This document shows, in pieces, positions 52,967 to 61,460 of a stretch of DNA of 64,000 nucleotides (within the stretch, counting starts at the first letter, position 1; the number at the start of each line of letters is the position of its first letter). A program made the position numbers and the translations under genes. Under the pieces are notes generated by a model. The model was not told the DNA's origin. It made no database searches and was given only the letters and a program-made list of their open reading frames with translations. The stretch is taken from positions 481,991 to 545,990 of the forward strand of contig JAHLLG010000002.1 of NCBI GenBank assembly GCA_020444275.1, in the 5' to 3' direction. Source of the stretch: Bacteroidota bacterium (GTDB taxonomy: Bacteria > Bacteroidota > Bacteroidia > Bacteroidales > UBA12077).

Positions 52967-54613
52967 ATGTCAAAACATAAACAAAAACTAAAATCAAAAG
53001 AAAAACCTAAAGATATTTTTGAAAGATTAGATCAATTCTTCGATAAACGAGGAAATGTATTTTTCTGGATATCGCTCTTTTTCACATTACTTTTCTCCTT
53101 TTTACTTTTTAATTTTAGAGTAAGCGAAGCAGGTGATGATTCTGCATATATTTTCAGAGCTTTTTTATTTGTAAAAGAGTTTAAATTTCCATCTTTCCAG
53201 GGGCCGCTATATCCTATATTTATGAGCTTTTTTATTTGGATTTTTGGGTTAAATATTACACTACTCAAATCATTATCATTAGTTTCAATCATATTTCATC
53301 TTTATTTTTTCTATAAAGCCTTTAAAGGAAGAGTTTCTGGATTATTAATGGTATATGTAATGATTATAATATCGTTTAATGCATTTGTATTGTATTATTC
53401 GAGTCAAACCTATTCGGAAGCTTTTTATTTATGTTTGCAAGCCGTATTCTTCTGGTTCTTTTTTAATGCATTTGTTTCAAAAGCTGAGAGTCCCGGAATA
53501 AAAGATAGTTGGGGAGCTTATTTGATATTAGGTATGTTAATTCTTTTTCTCGGATTAACACGTAGCATTGGTTATGGTGCATTTATAGCTGTTTTGTTAT
53601 TTTTTGCTGTTACCAAAAAATGGAAAAGCATGCTATTTACCACGGGAGCTTTTGCCCTGGAGTTTGGACTTTTTAATTTCATTAAAAAGATAGTATTTCA
53701 ATCCTCGGCATCTCAGTTTTCGACGCAATTAACACGCTTAATGCAGGTAGATCCATTTGATGCATCCAAAGGGAGTGAAGATTTTGTAGGCTTTATTGCA
53801 CGCTTTGTTGGTAATTCTAATTTATACTTATCAAAGCACATTTATAAATTCCTGGGCCTGCGGCCTGAAGTTTTGCAGCCCAACGGATTCTTAACGCTAA
53901 TTATTTATGCCTTGTTTTTTGTTGCCATTTATTATGCTTTTAAAAAAAACAAGTATCTTTTGTTTACAGGTATTTACCTGATGGTTTTAATTGGAATTAC
54001 ATTTGTTATTGTACAAACACGTTGGGATCAGGATCGACTAATATTAGTATATTTCCCGTTGATTCTTTTATTTTTATTTTCTGGAATTTATTATTTGGGA
54101 AAGCAGAAATCGGCAAAATTTATTCAGGTTTTATTGCCTGTTCTGTTTATTGTCCTATTTTTCACAAACCTTAATGTAACATCACGTAAAGTAAAAGAAA
54201 ACGATGAATACTTAATGCAATCTCTTGCCGGTAATCAGTTTTATGGTATGACAAACGATTGGATTAACTACATAAAAATGAGCCAATGGGCTGCTAAAAA
54301 TGTTCCACCGGATGTAATGATAGCCTGCAGAAAACCCAGTATATCTTTCATTTATGCCAAGCGTCAGTTTTATGGAATTTACAGATATAGTACAGAAGAT
54401 CCTGATAAATTATTACAACGACTAAAGGATAATAATGTTAAATATGTTATTATGGCTAGTTTGCGTAAATATCCCAAACAAAAAACAGAATATACTATTA
54501 ACACAGTTCAACGATATTTATATTTCATACAGCAGAAGTATCCTGAGAAAATTAAACATGTGCAAACTATAGGTGTAGATGAACCGGCCTATTTATTTGA
54601 AATAGTATATTAG
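52967..54613 (+). CDS. GT-C fold (ArnT/PMT-like, GT39/GT83-type) integral-membrane glycosyltransferase, putative
   Basis: 548 aa, more than 10 predicted TM helices. There is an acidic first-loop motif (SEAGDDSAYIFRAF) where GT-C enzymes carry DE/DD..Y, and a soluble C-terminal domain of about 150 aa. Confidence 0.5.
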   Translation: MSKHKQKLKSKEKPKDIFERLDQFFDKRGNVFFWISLFFTLLFSFLLFNFRVSEAGDDSAYIFRAFLFVKEFKFPSFQGPLYPIFMSFFIWIFGLNITLLKSLSLVSIIFHLYFFYKAFKGRVSGLLMVYVMIIISFNAFVLYYSSQTYSEAFYLCLQAVFFWFFFNAFVSKAESPGIKDSWGAYLILGMLILFLGLTRSIGYGAFIAVLLFFAVTKKWKSMLFTTGAFALEFGLFNFIKKIVFQSSASQFSTQLTRLMQVDPFDASKGSEDFVGFIARFVGNSNLYLSKHIYKFLGLRPEVLQPNGFLTLIIYALFFVAIYYAFKKNKYLLFTGIYLMVLIGITFVIVQTRWDQDRLILVYFPLILLFLFSGIYYLGKQKSAKFIQVLLPVLFIVLFFTNLNVTSRKVKENDEYLMQSLAGNQFYGMTNDWINYIKMSQWAAKNVPPDVMIACRKPSISFIYAKRQFYGIYRYSTEDPDKLLQRLKDNNVKYVIMASLRKYPKQKTEYTINTVQRYLYFIQQKYPEKIKHVQTIGVDEPAYLFEIVY

Positions 54614-54614
54614 C

Positions 54615-55655
54615 ATGAGTAAAGGTGCCGATTTTTCAAGGTTAGGAGTACGATTAAGAAAAGGCGTTTATATTTTCTCAAAAATAATTTTTGCTTTTAA
54701 TTCAGCTGCTTATTATGTGCTATGGTTAAAGTTTTTACAGGTAGTTTTAGCACCATTTGACTTATTCATTAGCTGGATTGAGCATCGTAGATTAAAAAAG
54801 CAAATTAATAAGAACATTCCAGTAATTTTTGTGGTAGGTATTCAACGGACCGGATCAACAATGGTTTCGCAATTTATTGAAAAGAACTTTAGTTTTTTCC
54901 CCATAGGAAACTTCAATTCTATATTTAAACGATCAAATTATTATATTCACAGATGGCTTGCAAAAGTGTATAAACGACCGAATCCATCTTATCAGAATTT
55001 TTATGGTATTTCAAAAGGATTTTTTTCAATCGGCGATTGCTACGAGCTGTGGGATAGGTGGTTTGGTAAAAATCATTATATCATACCGGATTCAATTTCT
55101 GATGAGCAAGAAACTGATATACAGGAGTTTTTCACGTCGCTTTATAGCGCATATAAACGGCCTTTGTTAACAAAAAATAATCGAAATTCACTATTGTTGC
55201 CACTTTTCGAAGATAGTTTTAAAAACGCCTTTTTCGTTGTGGTAAAGCGCGATCCGGTGGCGGTAATTCGGTCAACCATAAAAGCCAGTAAAGATTTCTT
55301 TGGTGATGAAAGTTTGTTATGGGGCTTATATCCTTCTGCAGATTTTGATACCAGCAATTATGAAAATATAATAGAGGCTGCGACGGTTCAATTTTTAATG
55401 CTTGAGCAAATTTTAAATAAACAACTGGAGAAGCTTGATAGGAGTTCGTATTTATTGGTTGATTATAATGATTTTTGTGCTAATCCGTCTGCCTTTCAGG
55501 AGGATTTAATTAAACGCTTATCGGATAAAGAAGGTTACGATGTTAAAAGTGTGCAGGTAAGAACAGAACCTTTTCGTGTTTCAAATCGGTTAAATAATTC
55601 TGATCTGGATGAGCAAATAAATCTATATTTAAATAAATGGCAGGATAAAATCTGA
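54615..55655 (+). CDS. PAPS-dependent sulfotransferase-family protein
   Basis: 346 aa. 5-prime-PSB-like loop VVGIQRTGSTMVSQF and 3-prime-PB-like VVVKRDPVAVIRS. It starts 1 nt after the preceding stop. Confidence 0.6.
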   Translation: MSKGADFSRLGVRLRKGVYIFSKIIFAFNSAAYYVLWLKFLQVVLAPFDLFISWIEHRRLKKQINKNIPVIFVVGIQRTGSTMVSQFIEKNFSFFPIGNFNSIFKRSNYYIHRWLAKVYKRPNPSYQNFYGISKGFFSIGDCYELWDRWFGKNHYIIPDSISDEQETDIQEFFTSLYSAYKRPLLTKNNRNSLLLPLFEDSFKNAFFVVVKRDPVAVIRSTIKASKDFFGDESLLWGLYPSADFDTSNYENIIEAATVQFLMLEQILNKQLEKLDRSSYLLVDYNDFCANPSAFQEDLIKRLSDKEGYDVKSVQVRTEPFRVSNRLNNSDLDEQINLYLNKWQDKI

Positions 55656-55714
55656 CAACCATTTTTTGATATACAAAAATCAATATCTTTACGCTTCGTT
55701 TAAAATAGAGGGTT

Positions 55715-56593
55715 TTGACAAAAGATAAATTAAAGAAAATATTCAATTTTATTTTTAAGCTGGCTATTACCATTCTAGCCATTTACATTGTGGTTCGTAA
55801 GATTAATATTAGTGAGTTGTGGGAATACATCAGGGAAGTAGATTTGTTGTACTTATGTTTGGCGCTTATAACGTTAGGCGTTTCAAAAATAATTGAAGCA
55901 TTTCGTTTAAATATTTTCTTTCGAGCGAAAAATATTGGTCTGGATCATTGGCAAAATCTTAAGCTCTATCTTTTAGGAATGTTTTACAACCTGTTTCTTC
56001 CAGGAGGTATTGGCGGTGATGGATACAAAGTATATTGGCTAAAGAAAAATCAGGGAGCAAAATTAAAAACTGTGATCTGGGCTTCTATTTTAAACAGGGT
56101 TAACGGACTTTTTGGTTTAGTGATATTAATTTGTATTTCTGCTCTTTTTATTTCGTTTAACTTTAAGTACAACCAACTTTTAATATTAACTATTCCTGTT
56201 TTATACCTAATTTACTATTTTGTATTGAAATATTTTTTTAATGATTACACCAAAACTTTACCTAAAACAACTATACAATCAGTTATTATTCAGTTTCTAC
56301 AAGTACTTTCGGCACATTTAATCTTAATAGGTCTAGGCTTAAGTTCATCGTATCCCGATTACTGGTTCTTGTTTTTAATATCAGGAATAATATTCGCTAT
56401 ACCGGTAACATTAGGCGGTTTTGGATCAAGAGAGTTAGTATTTGTTTATGCATCGCAGTTCTTAGCAGTTGATGTTAACCTTGCAGTAGCGTTAGGCCTG
56501 CTTACCTATGTACTGCGGGCCATCTTATCATTTAGTGGCGTTTATTTTGTAGCTTTCCCGGATAAATTAAACAAAATAAATTCAGCAACTTAG
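55715..56593 (+). CDS. UPF0104 / lysyl-PG-synthase-TM (MprF flippase-like) family membrane protein
   Basis: 292 aa, about 8 TM. The motif YNLFLPGGIGGDGYKVYWL is characteristic of the flippase-like family. TTG start. Confidence 0.7.
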   Translation: MTKDKLKKIFNFIFKLAITILAIYIVVRKINISELWEYIREVDLLYLCLALITLGVSKIIEAFRLNIFFRAKNIGLDHWQNLKLYLLGMFYNLFLPGGIGGDGYKVYWLKKNQGAKLKTVIWASILNRVNGLFGLVILICISALFISFNFKYNQLLILTIPVLYLIYYFVLKYFFNDYTKTLPKTTIQSVIIQFLQVLSAHLILIGLGLSSSYPDYWFLFLISGIIFAIPVTLGGFGSRELVFVYASQFLAVDVNLAVALGLLTYVLRAILSFSGVYFVAFPDKLNKINSAT

Positions 56594-56642
56594 ACAGATT
56601 TTTTTAAATTTGTTTGCTTTTTAATATTCTTACAAAACTTAT

Positions 56643-58079
56643 ATGCTTGAAATAAAGTCAAATCGTGCAAAGGAGTTCCATGCTTATTTCGAAAAATTAG
56701 CACCTAAATATACAAAGTACAGAAAGAGATATAATTATTTCTGGAATAATATTATCAAGTATTGTAATTATTATATTCAGGATGAAAATTCCGTATTGGA
56801 AATTGGTTGTGGTAATGGCGATTCTCTTTCTCAGATGAAGGGTAAGCATAAAACGGGGATTGATTTTAGTTCTGCTATGATAGAGATTGCAAAGAAAAAC
56901 CATCCCGAAATAGAATTTCATACGATGCTGGCCGAAGAGATTACATTGGATAAAAAGTACGATGTTGTGCTTTTAACTGGTGTAATGGGGTATTTTGATA
57001 ATGTATTGGAGGTTTTAAATTCTTTAAAAAAGGTGTGTCACCCAAAAACGAGAATTATTATTTCCTATTACAATCATATTTGGGAACCAATTTTAAAGAT
57101 TGGTGAATTTCTAAGAATTAAAAAGAGAACACCACGTAAAAACTGGCTCTCGAAACATGACATTGAGAATTTGTTGTATTTATCAGATTTTGAGTCGTTC
57201 AGAACAACAAGGAGTTTGCTTATACCAATAAATATTCCAATTATCTCTTATTTATTTAACCGCTATATTGCTCGATTACCGTTATTCAACTCGATGTGTG
57301 TTAATAAGTTTATTAATGCTCGTCCGATATTTCATCAAAAAGTGGAAAAGAAACCGGAATTTTCTACAACTGTAGTAATACCTGCCAGAAACGAGAGCGG
57401 TAATATAGAAGATGCTATTAAACGATTACCCAAGTTTGGTAAACATATTGAAATTATTTATGTTGAAGGTAATTCTACTGACGATACCTGGGAAACAATT
57501 CAAAAAATACAAGAGAAATATAAAGATACGCACGATATTAAAATAACTCAGCAGGAGGGCAAAGGTAAGGGAGATGCTGTTAGAAAAGGATATTCGATTG
57601 CAACTGGTGATATATTGATGATTTTGGATGCTGATTTAACGGTGCCACCAGAAGATTTACCAAAATTTTATGAAGCGTTGGCTTCTGGTAAAGGAGAATT
57701 TATTAATGGTTCACGCCTGGTATATCCAATGGAAAAAGAAGCTATGCGTTCATTAAATACTGCCGGAAACAAATTCTTTAGCTGGGTATTTAGCTGGCTG
57801 TTAGAGCAACCAATAAAAGATACACTATGTGGAACAAAGGTAATGTTCCGCGAAGATTATCTTCGTTTACAGGCTAATAGAAAATTCTTTGGAGAGTTTG
57901 ATCCATTTGGAGATTACGACTTGCTGTTTGGAGCGTACAAGTTGAATTTAAAAATAATTGACTTGCCTATTCGATACCGGGAAAGAACGTATGGAGATAC
58001 CAATATTTCTCGTTTCCGACATGGATTTTTATTACTTCGAATGTGTTGGTACGCAGCAGGTAAAATAAAGTTTTGGTAG
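56643..58079 (+). CDS. bifunctional class I SAM-methyltransferase / family-2 glycosyltransferase (polyprenyl-phosphate glycosyltransferase-like)
   Basis: 478 aa. N-terminal VLEIGCGNGDSL MTase motif. C-terminal GT2 domain: TTVVIPARNESGNI, EGNSTDDT, ILDADLT (DxD), plus terminal TM helices. Confidence 0.8.
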   Translation: MLEIKSNRAKEFHAYFEKLAPKYTKYRKRYNYFWNNIIKYCNYYIQDENSVLEIGCGNGDSLSQMKGKHKTGIDFSSAMIEIAKKNHPEIEFHTMLAEEITLDKKYDVVLLTGVMGYFDNVLEVLNSLKKVCHPKTRIIISYYNHIWEPILKIGEFLRIKKRTPRKNWLSKHDIENLLYLSDFESFRTTRSLLIPINIPIISYLFNRYIARLPLFNSMCVNKFINARPIFHQKVEKKPEFSTTVVIPARNESGNIEDAIKRLPKFGKHIEIIYVEGNSTDDTWETIQKIQEKYKDTHDIKITQQEGKGKGDAVRKGYSIATGDILMILDADLTVPPEDLPKFYEALASGKGEFINGSRLVYPMEKEAMRSLNTAGNKFFSWVFSWLLEQPIKDTLCGTKVMFREDYLRLQANRKFFGEFDPFGDYDLLFGAYKLNLKIIDLPIRYRERTYGDTNISRFRHGFLLLRMCWYAAGKIKFW

Positions 58080-58101
58080 AAAAATTAAGCAGTTAACTGT
58101 A

Positions 58102-58120
58102 CGAGAGTTCAAAACTCTCG
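58102..58120. terminator. hairpin between convergent genes (possible terminator, no clear U-run)
   Basis: CGAGAGTT-caa-AACTCTCG perfect 8-bp inverted repeat. Only a weak T-rich tail follows on the + strand. Confidence 0.3.
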
Positions 58121-58148
58121 CGGTTATTTACTTGCTTTTGTAGTTTTT

Positions 58149-58532
58149 TCATTCAAAAAGTCCGTTATCTCTAATGAGCATAAGAATAGCATTGTGTGGA
58201 ACAATTACATACTTTTCATTTTTAAACTCTATTTCCCAGGTATTACTTTGCAGATACACCGCTAAATCTCCTTCGGTTGGTTGTAAAGGAACATATTTCA
58301 CTTCATTGCTTTTATCTTTCCATGGTTCATCAACATCCTGTATAGCCGGAATAGGATAACCGGGGCCAACTTTTAATACATAACCACAATGAATCTTTTC
58401 TTTTTCCTGCACGCCGGGAGGTAAATACAATCCCGACTTTGTTTTTCCTTGTGGAGTTTTGGGTTTGATTAGAACCCGGTCGCCCACCATAATGAACTTC
58501 TCCAGTTCGTGATCATTTATTGATAGTGCCAT
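58149..58532 (-). CDS. GroES/Cpn10-like protein (divergent, with insertion)
   Basis: VGDRVLIKPKTPQGKTKSGLYLP…GYVLKVGPG parallels the GroES mobile-loop region. The ATG at 58532 is preferred (the ORF-track start is a TTG). It lies 27 nt downstream of the histidine kinase gene. Confidence 0.6.
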   Translation of the reverse strand: MALSINDHELEKFIMVGDRVLIKPKTPQGKTKSGLYLPPGVQEKEKIHCGYVLKVGPGYPIPAIQDVDEPWKDKSNEVKYVPLQPTEGDLAVYLQSNTWEIEFKNEKYVIVPHNAILMLIRDNGLFE

Positions 58533-58559
58533 ATTCAACTTTTAGTATAAATTAGTTAT

Positions 58560-59915
58560 TTAAAATTCTAAAATAAATTCTGTTCCTTTTTTTAATTCTG
58601 AGTTAGCACGAATAGCTCCTTTATGTAACCGCATAATCTGACGCGAAAGGCTTAAGCCTATTCCTGAACCTTTCTTTTTTGTTGTGAAAAATGGTATAAA
58701 AATCTTATCCATATCGTCTGGATCAATTCCATTACCGTTATCAGAAATAATTATTCTATGCTTATTTGATGGTTGAGCTTGTATTTTTACTACAATCTTT
58801 GGCTTCTCTTGAGCACTAACTGCATCAATAGCATTGATTAAAAGGTTTATTACAACTTGTTCAATCTGATCGTAATCAGCATGCACATAAACAGCCGAAT
58901 ACGACTTAATCATATCAAATTGAATATTGTTATCTACTATATTCTTCTTTAGCAAAGTATAACAGTGGTTTATGAGCTCAACCAGGTTAACTTCTTTAAA
59001 ATCGGGTTTTGGTATGCGCGTTAACTGCTTGTAAGATGATACAAATTTTAAAAGTCCTTTACTTCGTGTTTCAATAGTTTTCAAGCTCGAAATCATATCC
59101 TCAAAATCATCATCCGATATCTCTGCCAGTTTGGCTTTATTTCCTCCAATTTCACTTAACGAGTCATTCATGGCATTACTTAAGGATGATATCGGGGTTA
59201 CCGAATTCATGATTTCATGCGTAAGAACGCGTATTAACTTTTGCCACGATTCTAGCTCCTGGAATTCCAGTTCCTGTTTAATATTTTGTAAAGAGATTAG
59301 TTTTATTTGTTTATTCTGAATTTTGATTTCGGTTGCATAAATCGATAAGTGCAACAAATCATTATGAATTTTTACCTTAATTAATTCGCTTTCGCCAGAT
59401 TTAAGGCGCAGAACCAGGTTGTATAAATTAACATCAAAAGATTTTAAATGACTAATTTTATTATTTTGATGAATACCAAGTAAATCTGAAGCTGTTTTAT
59501 TAATGAACTGTATATTTCCATTTTGTTCAAATGTAAATAAGGCAACACGAACATGCTCAATCAGGGTTTTAAGGTAGTGGTACTGTACTTCCTTATCGAT
59601 TCGGATATTCTGAAACTCAGTCATGATTATGTTGTAGGCTTCTTTCAGAATGTCTTTTGATTTTTTGTCGGATACCGACGATGATGAACTGATAAAATCA
59701 CGCGATTTTATGGATAATAAAAATTCACTTAGACCTTTTTTATATTTCTCAGCATATTGAATAATACTGATTAAAACTGCAATGGACAAAATTGCACTAA
59801 TTACTGTAGTTACGTACCATTCTTCTTGCTGAAAGGCATAAATTGCACTAAACATAGCCATGCTTAGTACAAGAGAGCGAATGATAATGCCTAATCTAAA
59901 ATTTCTAAAATCCAT
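58560..59915 (-). CDS. sensor histidine kinase (NtrB/AtoS-like, membrane-anchored)
   Basis: 451 aa. Two N-terminal TM helices, a PAS-like region, the H-box LTHEIMNSVTPI, N-box LLINAIDA, and G-boxes DNGNGI and GSGIGL. Confidence 0.9.
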   Translation of the reverse strand: MDFRNFRLGIIIRSLVLSMAMFSAIYAFQQEEWYVTTVISAILSIAVLISIIQYAEKYKKGLSEFLLSIKSRDFISSSSSVSDKKSKDILKEAYNIIMTEFQNIRIDKEVQYHYLKTLIEHVRVALFTFEQNGNIQFINKTASDLLGIHQNNKISHLKSFDVNLYNLVLRLKSGESELIKVKIHNDLLHLSIYATEIKIQNKQIKLISLQNIKQELEFQELESWQKLIRVLTHEIMNSVTPISSLSNAMNDSLSEIGGNKAKLAEISDDDFEDMISSLKTIETRSKGLLKFVSSYKQLTRIPKPDFKEVNLVELINHCYTLLKKNIVDNNIQFDMIKSYSAVYVHADYDQIEQVVINLLINAIDAVSAQEKPKIVVKIQAQPSNKHRIIISDNGNGIDPDDMDKIFIPFFTTKKKGSGIGLSLSRQIMRLHKGAIRANSELKKGTEFILEF

Positions 59916-61269
59916 ATTTTGTCATTTTACGGTACATGGTTGTTCTGCCTAATCCAAGTTCTTTCGCTGCTGCACTAACATTATAATTATGCTTTTTTAG
60001 TGCTTTCTCAATGGTGTTTTTTTCAACTTCTTCCAGATTAAGATTATTTTTATTGATCGCTGAAGTTTCAGAAATGTTCAAAACAATATCCGTAGCATTT
60101 ATTATGTTGCTATTGCTCATGATAACTGTTCGTTCAATGATGTGCTGTAGTTCGCGGATGTTACCGGGCCATGTATATTTTTTTAACTTTTTGATAGCAT
60201 CGGTGCTGAGTTTCATATCTGTTTTCTTATACTTACGTTTATATATTTCTAAGAAATGATTTGAAAGTAACGGAATATCATCAATACGATCGCGCAATGG
60301 TGGAACGTGAATTTCTACGGTATTAATTCTAAAGAACAGGTCCTGACGAAACTCGTTACGGTCTACCATTTCTTTTAGAGGCATATTTGTTGCGCAAACC
60401 AATCTAAGATCAACCGGAATAGGTTGATTTGAACCAACTTTTACAATTTCTTTCTTTTGTATCGATGTGAGTAATTTTGATTGAAGAGGGAGAGAAAGGT
60501 TTCCAATTTCGTCTAAGAAAAGCGTACCCTGATTTGCAATTTCAAAACGTCCTGTGCGATCTTCTTTTGCATCGGTAAAAGATCCTTTCGTATGCCCAAA
60601 GAGTTCCGATTCGAACAATGTTTCCGCAATTGCTCCTAAATCAACATTTACAAAAAGATTTTTTGATCGCTGGGATTTTCTGTGAATGGCTCTTGCGATT
60701 ACTTCTTTACCTGTACCATTTTCTCCAAGTATAAGAATGTTTGCATCGGTATTGGCAACCTTATCAATAATATTTAGCAACTCTTTAATCTGTTCCGACT
60801 CGCCAATAATTTCAGAAAACGTTTGATCAATATCCTGAACCAATACTTCCTGTTTTGATTTAAGTTGTGATATTTCTTTCTTAGATTGGCTTAATTTAAA
60901 TGCTGATAGAATTGTTGCGAGTAACTTTTTATTATCCCAGGGTTTAACTACAAAGTCAACAGCGCCATTTTTCATGGCTTCAATGGCTAAATTAATGTCA
61001 CCATAAGCTGTCATCATGATAACGGTTGCTTTCGGATCAAGTGATAATATTTTTTTTAGCCATGCTAAACCTTCCTTCCCGCTAGTTGCACCCGTAGTAA
61101 AGTTCATGTCTAAAAGAATAATATCAAACAATTGTTTTTCGATGTATGGAACTATATCATCAGGATTAGAAACGGTTTTAATTTCTTTAAATTCTTTTTT
61201 AAGGACCACTTTGGTTGAAAGTAAGATGTCCTTATCATCATCAATAACCAGTATTTTTCCTTTAATCAT
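59905..61269 (-). CDS. sigma-54-dependent Fis-family response regulator (NtrC-type enhancer-binding protein)
   Basis: 454 aa. Receiver domain (ILVIDDD…DMNF), AAA+ domain (GENGTGKE, the GAFTGA-equivalent GHTKGSFTDA, ESELFGH, FRQDLFFR) and a C-terminal HTH (AAAKELGLGRTTMYRKM). Confidence 0.93.
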   Translation of the reverse strand: MIKGKILVIDDDKDILLSTKVVLKKEFKEIKTVSNPDDIVPYIEKQLFDIILLDMNFTTGATSGKEGLAWLKKILSLDPKATVIMMTAYGDINLAIEAMKNGAVDFVVKPWDNKKLLATILSAFKLSQSKKEISQLKSKQEVLVQDIDQTFSEIIGESEQIKELLNIIDKVANTDANILILGENGTGKEVIARAIHRKSQRSKNLFVNVDLGAIAETLFESELFGHTKGSFTDAKEDRTGRFEIANQGTLFLDEIGNLSLPLQSKLLTSIQKKEIVKVGSNQPIPVDLRLVCATNMPLKEMVDRNEFRQDLFFRINTVEIHVPPLRDRIDDIPLLSNHFLEIYKRKYKKTDMKLSTDAIKKLKKYTWPGNIRELQHIIERTVIMSNSNIINATDIVLNISETSAINKNNLNLEEVEKNTIEKALKKHNYNVSAAAKELGLGRTTMYRKMTKYGF

Positions 61270-61294
61270 TAATATTTAATTTAAATTAGATGAT

Positions 61295-61302
61295 CAAAAG
61301 TA
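61295..61302 (-). promoter_or_regulatory. candidate -7 promoter box for the response-regulator/kinase operon
   Basis: The minus strand reads TACTTTTG, 26 nt upstream of the regulator ATG. Confidence 0.4.
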
Positions 61303-61317
61303 CAAAAAAGTTTGATA

Positions 61318-61334
61318 TGTTCCGATATGAAACA
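61318..61334. promoter_or_regulatory. candidate enhancer (UAS) site 1 for the sigma-54 activator
   Basis: TGTTCC-gatat-GAAACA (5 of 6 palindromic), about 100 nt upstream of the -24 element. Confidence 0.5.
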
Positions 61335-61339
61335 CTGAG

Positions 61340-61356
61340 TGTTCCGGATAGGAACA
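61340..61356. promoter_or_regulatory. candidate enhancer (UAS) site 2 for the sigma-54 activator
   Basis: TGTTCC-ggata-GGAACA, a perfect 6+6 inverted repeat 22 nt after site 1 (about two helical turns centre to centre). Confidence 0.55.
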
Positions 61357-61421
61357 ATTCAAACATGTGATACATGCAAAAGTTTATTATAATATAAAGA
61401 AAATCAGAATATTATAAACAA

Positions 61422-61437
61422 TGGCACAGAGATGGCT
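61422..61437 (+). promoter_or_regulatory. sigma-54 (-24/-12) promoter
   Basis: TGGCACagagaTGGCT versus the consensus TGGCAC-N5-TTGCW. GG and GC are at the canonical spacing. It ends 23 nt before the FtsX-permease ATG, and an NtrC-type EBP gene is divergent. Confidence 0.75.
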
Positions 61438-61460
61438 ATACGTATTGAAAATAGGAAATT

